Shown in pieces: positions 20,356 through 31,396 of a stretch of 64,000 nucleotides of DNA. Source of the stretch: Selaginella moellendorffii (taxonomy: Eukaryota; Plantae; Lycopodiophyta); the NCBI RefSeq assembly GCF_000143415.4, contig NW_003314278.1, forward strand, positions 1,996,362 through 2,060,361, read 5' to 3'. Numbering within the stretch: the first letter of the stretch is position 1; each line of letters begins with the position of its first letter. Both the position numbers and the translations under genes were made by a program. The notes under the pieces were generated by a model. That model did no database searches, was not told the DNA's origin, and was given only the letters and a program-made list of their open reading frames with translations.

Positions 20356-22317
20356 ATGGATCGAAGCGATTGCATCCGGCTGCTCGAGTCGTGCAAGAGC
20401 CTATCGCTCGCGGAGACCGCCCATCGGCGCGTCCGCGAGGTTTATCCCGCGATCCAGGACGATGCCTTCCTCTCCAACAAGATCGTCCAGATGTATGGCC
20501 GCTGCGGGAGCGTGGATCGCGCCAGGATCGCGTTCGAGAGGAGCCGGAACAAGGATCCGAGCTCCTGGGTGTTCATGCTTTGCGCGTACTCGCAAAACGG
20601 GCACCTGGACGATGCGAAAGAGATCTTCGACCGGATGCCAGATAGGAATCAAGTGGCCTGGACCGCGATGCTTACGGGGTACGCGCGGATCGGGGATTTG
20701 ATCGAGGCCAAGCGCGTCTACGATCGAATGCCGGAGTGGGACGTGGTTTCTTCCACCGCGATGCTCAGAGCGTATGCCCAGAATGGGCATATTGACAATA
20801 GTGAGAAGCTCTTCAGCGAGATGCCGGAGAAAAATCTTGTTTCGTGGAGTGTAATGCTGGATATGTTCTCACACAACAATGATCTTGCGAAGGCGAGATT
20901 TTGTTTTGACAATATGCCTGAGTGGGATGTTGTTTCCTCGACTACAATGCTTGCAGCATATGCCCAACACGGGCAATATTATAACGCTGAAGGGATCTTT
21001 CACTACATGGAGCACTGGACTCTAGCTACTTGTTCCACGATGCTCGCAATTTTTGCACAGAGTTTCCAGGTAGAAGAAGCCAGAAACTTGTTCTCGAGTT
21101 TGCCGCAAAGAGATTTCGCTTCGTGGATTGCTATGTTGAATTGCTATGCTCAAGTTGGTGATGTAAACCAAGCAAAGGCTGTGTTTAATCAGATGCCCGA
21201 GTGGAATCTCGCCACCTTCACGGCGATGCTGAACGCGTTTGGAGCCAATGACAAAGTTGACGATGCGAAAGTCTTGTTTGATTCCACACCCGAGCTCGAC
21301 ATGGTACTTTGCACTGCCATGATCGAAGCTTATGCCCAGGCCGGGCATACCGATTTTGCAAAACACATATTTGAACAGATGACTCAGCATGACATTGTGT
21401 CATGGAACTCGATGCTATCAGCTTACGTTAACAAAGGTGACAGTCTCAATGGTGCTAGGGACGTGTACACTCGGATGCCGCGCTGGAGCGTAGTCACCTG
21501 GAACTTAATGCTTGTGGTATATACCCAGGAAGGGCATCTGGAACTGGCAAGGCTTTTGTTTGAGCAGATTCCAGTCCGAAACCTAGCATCTTCAACGATT
21601 ATGCTCGAAGCGTACTCAAGAAACGGCTACATTGAAGAGGCTAGTCAAATCTTTGCACAAATGCCTGTGCAAGATCTTGTTTCTTCCACAGTCTCCATCA
21701 ATCTTTCTGCCCAGTGCAAGAATTTGTATTTGGCGAGAGAGATCTTTGAGAAAATGCCGGAGCGCAACGTTGTCTCATGGACCGCACTCTTGAACGCTTA
21801 CGTTTCAAACTCCCAATTGAACTACGCGTTGTCTTTGTTTCATACTCTCCCTTCGCATACTGTTGTAACTTGGAACACCATTGTGGCAGCGTATGCCATG
21901 AACGGGCATTCCAGTACTGCGCTCTTTCTCTTCTACTCGATGAGGATGGCAAGCGAGGGTTTGCCGGATGGAATCTCGCTCTTGTCCGTTCTAGTCGCTT
22001 GCAATCACACGGGAGACTCGGAGCTCGCAAGGTCTTTGTTCGTGTCAATGTCGCTGGACTCTGGGATTGGAGCTAGCAAAGAGCACTATGGCTGTATGGT
22101 TGATGTCCTGGGAAGAGCCGGTTACCTGGACGAGGCCGAAGATCTTGTGAACAACATGCCGTTCGAGCCCGATGTTCTAGAGTGGATGAGCTTGCTTGGA
22201 GCTTGTCGAGGCTATGGCGACGCTGCTAGAGGGACCAGGATTCTGGCCCGGATTGTGGCGCTGGATCCGAGAAACGTCGCGGCGTTCGTGTATCTCGCTA
22301 GAAAAATACAAAGTTGA
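20356..22317 (+). CDS. PLS/SS-class PPR protein, E-type, no DYW
   Basis: 653-aa intronless ORF with 31-aa repeats; HYGCMVDVLGRAG...WMSLLGAC. Confidence 0.93.
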   Translation: MDRSDCIRLLESCKSLSLAETAHRRVREVYPAIQDDAFLSNKIVQMYGRCGSVDRARIAFERSRNKDPSSWVFMLCAYSQNGHLDDAKEIFDRMPDRNQVAWTAMLTGYARIGDLIEAKRVYDRMPEWDVVSSTAMLRAYAQNGHIDNSEKLFSEMPEKNLVSWSVMLDMFSHNNDLAKARFCFDNMPEWDVVSSTTMLAAYAQHGQYYNAEGIFHYMEHWTLATCSTMLAIFAQSFQVEEARNLFSSLPQRDFASWIAMLNCYAQVGDVNQAKAVFNQMPEWNLATFTAMLNAFGANDKVDDAKVLFDSTPELDMVLCTAMIEAYAQAGHTDFAKHIFEQMTQHDIVSWNSMLSAYVNKGDSLNGARDVYTRMPRWSVVTWNLMLVVYTQEGHLELARLLFEQIPVRNLASSTIMLEAYSRNGYIEEASQIFAQMPVQDLVSSTVSINLSAQCKNLYLAREIFEKMPERNVVSWTALLNAYVSNSQLNYALSLFHTLPSHTVVTWNTIVAAYAMNGHSSTALFLFYSMRMASEGLPDGISLLSVLVACNHTGDSELARSLFVSMSLDSGIGASKEHYGCMVDVLGRAGYLDEAEDLVNNMPFEPDVLEWMSLLGACRGYGDAARGTRILARIVALDPRNVAAFVYLARKIQS

Positions 22318-22378
22318 TCCTGTATGAATAAGAATCCGTGCCTCGTTATTGTATAGAGGAAAGAAAAACGAGCGTATC

Positions 22379-23403
22379 TTAGTGAGCTGCTTGTGCAGTT
22401 TGGACGCTGTTTCGCATCAAGCTGATGACAGCAGCTGGATCGGGAGCTCCAAAAACTGAGCTCCCAGCGACAATACAGTTGGCTCCGGCATCGGCAGCTT
22501 GCTGGATCGTCGAAGGGCCGAGACCACCATCAACCTGTGCGCGGAAGATTTCAAGTAGGGAAAAAGAAAAACTGGTTTCTTGTACCTCGATGTCTAGTGA
22601 AGGATATCGAGATCGGAGAGCTTTCACCTGTGTAGAAAGAAGAGATTTACAAACGGGTTTCAGCACGGAAGATTGATTGTCACCTTGCTCATTGTCTCCG
22701 GGATGAACTTTTGACCTCCAAAGCCCGGCTCCACCGTCATGATCAGCACCAGATCAACATCCCCGCTATCCACCTGGAAGAATTGTTACACAAACTTTTC
22801 AAGTAGCTAAAAAACTTACCAGAGGAAAAACTTCCTCCACGGGAGTTCCCGGCTTGAGGCAAACTCCAACTCTCATGCCGCTTTCCTTGACCTTCTTAGA
22901 CACTCGGTCCCAGTTGTCTAAGAAGAAAACTCAAGCTTAAGTCACAAAAAGATAGCAGCAAGAGATGAAACCTCGAGAAGCTTCAATGTGGAAAGTAAAG
23001 CCTGACGCTCCGGCCTTGGCCAGAGGCTCCACATAGTCGAGTGGATTCGTGACCATGAGATGGCAATCCAAGTACGCACTGTACAAAAAAAAATTAAAAA
23101 ATCCAGAGTCTCACTCGGCCTCTACCTCGTGTGCCTTCTCAGCGATTGGATCACCGGAGCTCCAATCGTCAAATTTGGAACAAAATGCCTGTGGGATCAC
23201 ACAAGATCAGAGCTCTCCTAGGCCACATTTCTTACCCATCCTGCAAAACAACGCAATTCTCTCACTCGATCTCAAATGCTGGGATCACATACCATAATGT
23301 CCATGTGTAGCCAATCCGCGCCGCAATCCAGCATGCGCTGCGCCTCAGCTGCGAGATTGGCGAAGTCGGAGGAGAGCATCGAAGGCGCGATCTTGGCGCT
23401 CAT
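22379..23403 (-). CDS. RPE: Cytosolic ribulose-phosphate 3-epimerase (multi-exon)
   Basis: [59 protein letters not shown]. Confidence 0.93.
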
Positions 23404-23500
23404 CTTGCAAATTGATCACGCAATTCGCACCCTACAAGCCCTTAAAATTTTATCATAGATTTCATACAGAAAGGATTAGCTCGCATGTTTGACACAAGGC

Positions 23501-23581
23501 GTTGACATGGCCGAGTTGGTCTAAGGCGCCAGATTAAGGTTCTGGTCCGCAAGGGCGTGGGTTCGAATCCCACTGTCAACA
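23501..23581 (+). tRNA. tRNA-Leu(AAG)
   Basis: 81-nt cloverleaf with variable arm; CCAGA-TTAAGGT-TCTGG anticodon arm; GGTTCGAATCC B-box. Confidence 0.96.
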
Positions 23582-23722
23582 ACTCCATTTTATCCTTGTT
23601 TAAGCTAGTTTTCTTAATATTATACTTAAACCAGTGTTTTTTTCTAATCATATTATTAATTTCTACAAAAATAAACCAAACTTGATTAATTATTATTTGT
23701 TTCAAAACATCTTATCCAAAAT

Positions 23723-25053
23723 CTAAGGCCGGGCACTAAGGCTAGGGAAAAATGAGTAGCTACACTCTAAATCATCAAAGCTTCCTTGGTTTTGCTCGTG
23801 GCATGGAGCAATCCACGAAGAATCAATCATGTCATACGCAAAAGGGTACAGTGTTCCAAAGGTGGCCTTCTTGTAGAAGCACGAGAACACCACCATATCC
23901 CCAACTACCTCAAGCTTCCAATCGTGGTCCTCTTCCTCATGCATTGGCGAGCATGCCAAATCCCTCCACAGCACCCGCGACACAAGCACCCATCCCGCTA
24001 GCTCGTAGTTTAACTCCCATATGGAAAATCCCAGCGATCGGTAAGTTGTAACGTCTTGCCAAAACACCAGCTGCGAGGCTAGATAATACTTCCCCTTGTA
24101 CGTGAATACGAGTCGGCTTAGGGGCGTCCAACCTTCCCAATCACCTCCTCGATCGATCTCCGGATTAACGTTCGCGATGGCCGCCCTGTCGTAGTGTGAC
24201 CAGAGCCTGCTGCTAGGATCATACGCGAGAATGAGATGAGCCACATGGTAAGTATAGATCGCATTGCCTCGAAGCGGTGATCCCTGCGATGTGTCGAAGG
24301 AGAAAGGCAGCCCACTCTCCCATATCCCTGCCTTGGAGTCGTACTGCACAGGATAGACGAGGTACATTTTCTCGTCCGAGAAGAATTTCATACCGATCTC
24401 GTCAGCTGGGCCAGCATCACTATCCTTGGTGTAGAGCACCACAATCTGATACGACCCCTGATCTTGATCGTGTAGCATGGAGATCGTCAAGGAAGGAGGG
24501 GGCAATACGTCGCATTCCTCGATGGGTGGAGGAGGGAGCGTTCTCCAGGAATTGGTGATAGGGTTCCCCACGGCCAGCGCCAACGAGGATTCGTGCTCCA
24601 TAAGCCTGCCACAGACCAGCCCATTTGAAGAACAAAGGCCCACGAAGTGTGAGCCCTGCGGTCCCAGGGTCAAACAACAGCTTTCTGGGCCGCCGTCTTT
24701 TGGACGCCACAGCTCGACATGGTTCTGCAGCGTCATCCGGTAATCGTAGTAGTTATCGAAATCGCCACTGGCAAGGGAGAGGAAGAAAACTTGAAAGGAA
24801 AGTTATACGCATATACGTACATGTCATCTGGCACCTCTGTTCTGACCCGGAGTGCACACCATAGTTGCCGTAGCGACGGGCTGGACGCATACACTGTGAT
24901 GAAGCGCCGCGAGAGCACCGCGCGGTACCATGACTTGCAGACGGCTCGCAGCCTGAAGAGATCTCGCAAGTTGTGCAAGAAGCTCAGGATGTAGAGCACC
25001 AAATCCTCTTCTTGCAAGCGCTCAAAAGCACCACAACAGCAACTCTGATCCAT
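23723..25053 (-). CDS. F-box protein with kelch/FBA-like C-terminus (2 exons)
   Basis: F-box LQEEDLVLYILSFL..LFRLRAVCKSW; SSNGLVC..VGNPITNSWRTLPPPP. The two ORFs are joined by a ~53-nt phase-2 intron (gtacgt...gccag, ~24770-24820). Confidence 0.8.
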
Positions 25054-25144
25054 TTTGACCGCAGAGAGGAAAAATGGAATGGGATTGTTTATTTTAAAGT
25101 ATGACAGATCTATTTGTGGCATTCTTGGTTGATAAGTTGAAGTT

Positions 25145-25410
25145 ACAGGCGGTAACACTGTTCTTGATCCTCCACGGATATTGTGCAAGCTAATTCGAAA
25201 ATGGGTCTGATTTGGGAGCAAGGAGGTGTGTTGAGTACATTCTCTGGATGGTACCGCGAGCTGGTGGTGCTTTAAGGGTGTTGTGATGGCTCCCCTTCAG
25301 GTTGCCGAGCTAGGCTAGCCATTAGATAGGCAGCTTGCCAAACGCGAGTTGCTGAGTAGTGCTGGAAACAAGAGAACTTACAAGAATGGTGCTATAGTCT
25401 ATTTTTCATA
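25145..25410 (-). pseudogene. Decayed paralogue of the secreted Cys-rich protein at 26345-26737
   Basis: HPENVLNTPPC and QTHFRISLHN are retained in different frames (1-bp deletion), with in-frame stops; flanks 25070-25540 align with 26262-26860. Confidence 0.75.
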
Positions 25411-26166
25411 CTACACACAAGTATATTCATAGTCCTATGCTTTTCAGTTGGGCATGACAGTAACTATAACACAATCAACATGAAGAGTTTGCAGTATTTC
25501 TGTGCATTCTTCCTTCATGATACGAGCAGTGTTGATGTTATACAATCTTAAGAATATTCTAAGAATATTTCTTTGCATAGTGACCACCTCACGTAAAAAC
25601 TCAAGGATGAATTTGAGGCATTTGCAAAATTTAAATAAATAATTGAAAAATAATTAAAACTACTTTTCATATAAAATATTTATAAAAATTAATAAATTTA
25701 CTATTTTCAGAATAAAACTAATTATTAAATTTTAAATTTTTGCCAAAAAATAGTTTCTTTTATTAAAATTTTAAAAATTGATCACTTTTGATCACTTATT
25801 TTAATGTAACAGTGCACAATCTTTGGCAACTATGGTTCTAAATTGCAATTCACAAACAACCAACTTATCTTGTAGATTCAAAACTTTTTCCCACATGCTT
25901 GTAATGATCAGCAAGGATAATTGTGCATCTAAAAATGGATTTAGTTGCAAAAGTAAAAAATGTGCTTAAACCATTTTTAATTTTTTAACAATCTACGTTT
26001 TATTTCAGTTTTAATAAAAGAATACTCTCGCATATCCTAGGAATATAATAGGATATGCCTAGAATCTATTAATTTACCTCAAGCTTGATTCCAGAGGAAT
26101 TTGGAGCCAAACACTCCTTTTAGCTACAGCAATTGGGGAAAACGGAGCTGGATTATGGACAGCTGG

Positions 26167-26237
26167 GCAGCAGCCGCTCAAGCGATGGTAACGAGAAGAT
26201 CTTGGACGGGATGGGCCCACAGCTCTAGGCGATTGTA
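26167..26237 (-). other. Short copied fragment of the LRR-RLK coding sequence (34091-34157)
   Basis: gcagcagccgctcAagcgatggTaAcgagaagatcttggacgggatgggccc matches the RLK at 49 of 52 positions; a further aggcgattgta match follows. Confidence 0.8.
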
Positions 26238-26344
26238 AGCGTCTTGAGCTTACTCATACAGAAAATGGAATGTGATTGTTTATTATATAGTTTGACAGAT
26301 TTATTTGTGGGATTTTCGGTGTTTATACAGCAGCTCTAGTAGTA

Positions 26345-26737
26345 TTACACATAACAGCAGCCGTTCTCCACCGATGGGCTATTTTTTATGGAGCGCACAC
26401 TGAAACATTGACCACGATAGGCGAAACCAGCTCCTCTGCAGTTATGGAAGCTACTTCGATAGTGAGTCTGACTTTGCAAGCAGGGAGGTGTGTTGAGGAC
26501 ATTTTCGGGATGGCAACTTGCATACAGAGCTTCCCCGTGAGCTGATGGCGTCTTGGGAATGGCGTCAAGACTTACATTTGAGTCCCTGTGAGGTTGATGA
26601 GCTGATGTTGCCTCTCCAGTGCTGTTGAAGCTAGCCAACTGCTGCCCAAGAGCAGGCAACTTAGGAAATTCGAGGTGAGTAGTGGGAGAAACAAGTAGAG
26701 AAGTTGCAACAAGAAGAAGAATAAGATATGCTGCCAT
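26345..26737 (-). CDS. Orphan small secreted protein with 6-Cys C-terminal domain
   Basis: 130 aa; hydrophobic N-terminus MAAYLILLLVATSLLVS; low-complexity pro-region; C..C..C..C..CC; a local paralogue exists. Confidence 0.6.
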   Translation of the reverse strand: MAAYLILLLVATSLLVSPTTHLEFPKLPALGQQLASFNSTGEATSAHQPHRDSNVSLDAIPKTPSAHGEALYASCHPENVLNTPPCLQSQTHYRSSFHNCRGAGFAYRGQCFSVRSIKNSPSVENGCCYV

Positions 26738-28499
26738 TATTTATTTTTTATAGTAGACATTGGAGTCATATTTATAATGAACTATAAAGAGTTTGCAGTA
26801 CATTCACAAGCTTTATTTCTTCACATTCTTTTTGCATGACATGAGAGGTGTTGACCAGTTGTTCTTATTGCTCCATAGGTTCTTTTGGCGAATTCGTATC
26901 ATTCAGAAATCCTTCAAGTAAATGTATTAAATCTTGGCAATAAGAGACAAGTTAAGCTTGGCTTGAAAACTTTTCTAAAAGTGGAGACATTGGCAGTTGA
27001 TATGGATTGCCACCATCGCCTTGAGTGGCCTTGCAAGCGCCCTCAAACGCTTTACTACAAATAGTCGCCCATTCCATCTTTGTCCACCAACAGCTTCGTC
27101 ACTCCCCTGAACATCCCACCTGAAGAAAACTTCTTGATTGAGAAAAAAAGAAAGAAAGAATGGAAGGGCGAGTTTCTTTCGCTTGATCATGGCTTCCAAA
27201 TCCAATAAACTATGGCTGGCGCTAGAATGTTTTCCATGTTTAAAAGAGTAAACTTGGTATGGGCATCACGTCAGCAACAATGGACAGCCCCTGCAAACTT
27301 AGTAGATCTTGTCCCACTCACCATCATAAAACGGAAGAACTCGAAAGTCCGACGCTGCCACCATATCTCCCATTCGGGCAGCTCCAGTGCTAGGAGCCAT
27401 CTGTATCACTGTATAATCTGACTAACTCACCGGACAGTCGTGGGATTTCATTTCAACGTGAAGCTGTGGTCTCATGTTCCAGTGCTTTTTTATCCTTCAC
27501 ATCTCCTGCAGAGACCACCTCCTAGACTCTGAAGATGGTTTCTCCAGATCATTATAAACTCGGCAGGAAGATAGCAGCTTGAGAATTAGATCACCTTACC
27601 AAGCCTCTGGCGGAGGGCGATGTGGCAGTTCCTCGTCCCAGTCATGCTGGGCTGAAAACTTTGAGCTTCGTTCATTGACATCGAGCTCTAAGCGCATATC
27701 AAAACTTATTGGATCAGCTGGTTTACCTAAAATATACTTACAATTATGGGATATTTTAATATAAATGTATTTATAATTTATAAACTTCCCTAAACATTTC
27801 CAGTATCTGTGTGTTTATAAATTATGAACATGTTTATAATTACAATAATTCAGCCTAAACTATTTGTGATCACAATTTTAGGGGAGGTAGGGGAGGTGGC
27901 TGGCCTGGTAAAAAACATTTAAAGTTTTAAATTTGCAAGCCTGCATAATATATGAAAAAATATAATTATGCTTAAATTGTTGTGACATATATGTGTGACT
28001 CACAAAATAATATTTTAAGCACAATTTTTATCTTATACATGGCATATATTGATGCCCACCACATATGTATGGTAAAGTCTAAATTAATACCACATGCAAT
28101 TTTACATAAATGGTTAGCATTTTGTGTTTTTTCCTAACAATGCTCATTCTTTAATTGTTTTTCCTTGCATTGTGTAAAATTTAACTCCACGTTGGTTTTT
28201 TTTATATAGGTTTAGACCTAAGGCTTGTCGGCATGATCTTTTTCAATGCATGAGCTAGATTTTTTAACACATTTTGGATATTGTAAGTTAAGCTCACCAT
28301 CACATTTCTTTGGTGAGAGTAATAAAAAACACTTTACACAATAAACCATTACAATGTCAAAAATTTCAACACATAATTAAAAATGTGAGATTAAGAACAC
28401 AAGAAATCCACTTAAGAACAGTAGTATGAGACAATATTAAAACCACTTCAAGCCATGCAATACAAAGGCTAATGCCAAATTTTTGAAGCTATATGACTA

Positions 28500-29270
28500 A
28501 CTCTCAAGGTGCATTCAAGTCTTATTGCTAAAGAAAAAAGAAAAGAAATGGATGGAAGTTTCATAAAATTAATAGCACTGGAGCAAGGTATGAATTTGCA
28601 TTGCCAAGTAGCTCAAAGCAACAAAAGTGGAAATGGGGATTCAAAGTTTGCAACAGTCTTGGGGCTTGGTAATTGGGATGAAGAGGTTATATAGAGATTT
28701 GTTGCTATGGATTGGAGAGCAACTAAGTCATAATAATGTATCTAGTTGACTTTTATTGCAAAGTTGGAACTATGGTGTCGGCTCAACAAGTTTTTGACTC
28801 AATGCCATCGAAAAATCTTATGGCCTAGACAACACTTGTAGCTAGATATGATCACCAAAGAGATGTTGCCTTCATATTACAACTTTCACAGTATGCAAGA
28901 TCCCAACCATCATCTTGATAACTTTATATTCCTCTTGATTTTCAACTTTTGTAGCCATATGGGGTTTGTGAAACAAGGAAAGAAGTGTTTCTATGCATGG
29001 AGATGAAATATAGAATTTGTTCTGGGCATGAGAACTACTATGGAATGATTGATCTCTTGGGACAAATAAACCAATTGGATGAGGCAATAATGGTGTTAGA
29101 ATCTATGCTTCTAGAGTTGAGTTGTGTAACTTGGTTACCACTCTCAGTGCGTGTAAGAAGTGGAAAAATATATAGGTTGAGAAGATTGTGTATGACACCT
29201 TGGTGAAGATTGATAAGAGGAATAAAGTTGTATATATGTTTATAGCTAATTTATATAGAAATTAACATTG
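28500..29270 (+). pseudogene. Heavily AT-shifted E-class PPR pseudogene
   Basis: FDSMPSKNLMA*TTLV and ENYYGMIDLLGQINQLDEA...VTW remnants with stops and frameshifts. Confidence 0.7.
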
Positions 29271-31396
29271 GCATACTTATTGAAGGAACAAAAGTTGGCA
29301 GCCATGACAAAAAATGCATTAATTAAACACTTCATTGTAATGTGTGATGCTGTGATGAGATGAGAAGTTCCCATTCAGTACCTCAATTTTGGTGATGGTG
29401 CTTCTCATCCCACTACTCCATAGATCGCTCATGAATTTTATCTTTAATGATATTATAAAAGGAAAAAAATAGTTCTTGAATATTTATCTCACATAATATA
29501 AATTAGCACTGTGTACTTGCTTGTGTAAAAACTGCATTACGTAATTGCTCATGTAAAACATTCACTAGATTTGTAGTGATATCATACTATCTAGGATGAC
29601 ATGACATCAATCTTACAGTCTAAAGTGTCATACCCCATGCATATATAGTATACCCCATGTCATAATTATGTTTTGATTGCTTATATAGCAATAAAAAAAT
29701 GATTGTGTGCATAATATTTTTGCATGCAACTCAAAACATAAAAATAAATCTATACATATATAAATATATAATACTCCTATGCGCAAGTTGCCATACCTAA
29801 ATCACATTTTTTAAAAGTATGAAATAGTAGATTGGACTATGAATACTCAGCATAGTTACTATAAAGAAGTTATTTGATTACTCAAATAAATCCAACTATA
29901 GAGAGTTCTATACTATAAGGTTATTAGTCAAATGCAAGTTTGGAATGTTCATCAACTTTATTGTAGCATATGATCATTGAAGAAAATATCATTTGTCTTT
30001 AAGCTCACAAATGTATAATAAATACTTATCTAGCTTCATATCAACTTCTCTTCTAGCAAAAATTTAAGAATTCTTAATTGATTTATATATTGATTAGCTT
30101 GATTACTAAATAAGAATAGCACTACTATTAAGCAAGCCAAATGCTATTATATATAATTTTTTTGTGTTTAGAATATGGTTTTTATTAAGAATTTTAAATT
30201 TTTTTGTGCCCACAATATCAAGACAACAATGGCTACATGGATTGGCAAGCCATGGCCAAGGCTTAATCAAGCTCCAGAATAAGTAGCAAGGCATACCTAT
30301 AACTATAAAGATGGACACAATAGTAGTTACCATAACTAAGTCACTTTATGGTCCAATCGAATAAGTCTTAGCATTTTTTGTTTCTTTATTTGCCTTGTGT
30401 TAGCTTCACTATAGCACCCTCACCACACCTTCATCTGAACACACTTAAATTTGAAACCAAACTCTAAATTTATCATACTATACAATGAATGCACTTGAAT
30501 ACCCTATGAGCACCAGCTTCTTTTATTTAGCCCTTGCACCCTAAAATGGTGTCAAATGAAGTTTCAACATACCAATAACTTAATGTAAGAAGGTGAGTAC
30601 TCCAGCATAGACTAACACAGCCGGTGAGAACCAAATTACTCAGCCATGCTTTTGGCCACTATACATGTCAATTTAATAAAAAAAAAATCCTCTGTAAACC
30701 ATCTAGAAATAATTGACCCCCTTGAAATAACTTTAAATACTATAATTATATCCATATAGAAAACCACTTCAAACACCAAAATTCAAGTTTGAAAACCATT
30801 AATGATTTCAAATTTGGGAAATCTGAAGTATATGCAGCTGGTTTTTATATATGGTTTTTCTAGTAAAAACCATGGTCACCAACTCCCTGTCGTTGTATGT
30901 CACACTACAGAAGCCCCAATGACATAGAGTACCTTTGTTGATCTTGAACTGTGGCTGTGTGAAATGGTGGTCAGAACTGGAGAACTAGTGAACCAATTTG
31001 CAAAGTGTGTTATCCAGTTTAGTATAAAATCTTGCAAGATCTATCTTGACACAGGTGCACTACACTAGAACGCTCTAAAATGGGACAGTACGTCAGGTGT
31101 AAGTTCAAAGATTGGTCTAGGTCCTAGGAGTTTTGTGGGATCACATGATGAAACTAGGGAATCTTGGGAAGTGCTATCAAGTGTTTATCTTGTTAATAGG
31201 TAAATTCCCATTGCTTAAATTATATTAATTATTATAGATTAACAGCAGAAAATCTCAACCGTTAGATTAAGGAATATCTTAGAATATGCCTAGTTGAAAA
31301 TTTGGTTTGCATTAACAATTTGATAATTTTTGTATCCGCGAATTTTTATTTGTTGTTTCGAAAGCAAAAAAGTTAAATACTGATGTAGCTATAATT

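Noticed and set aside
24733-24736. ATGA stop/start overlap between two F-box ORFs, resembling translational coupling or a frameshift
   Set aside because: A ~53-nt GT-AG intron (~24770-24820) joins the frames in the correct phase (AT|T = Ile), giving one normal gene.
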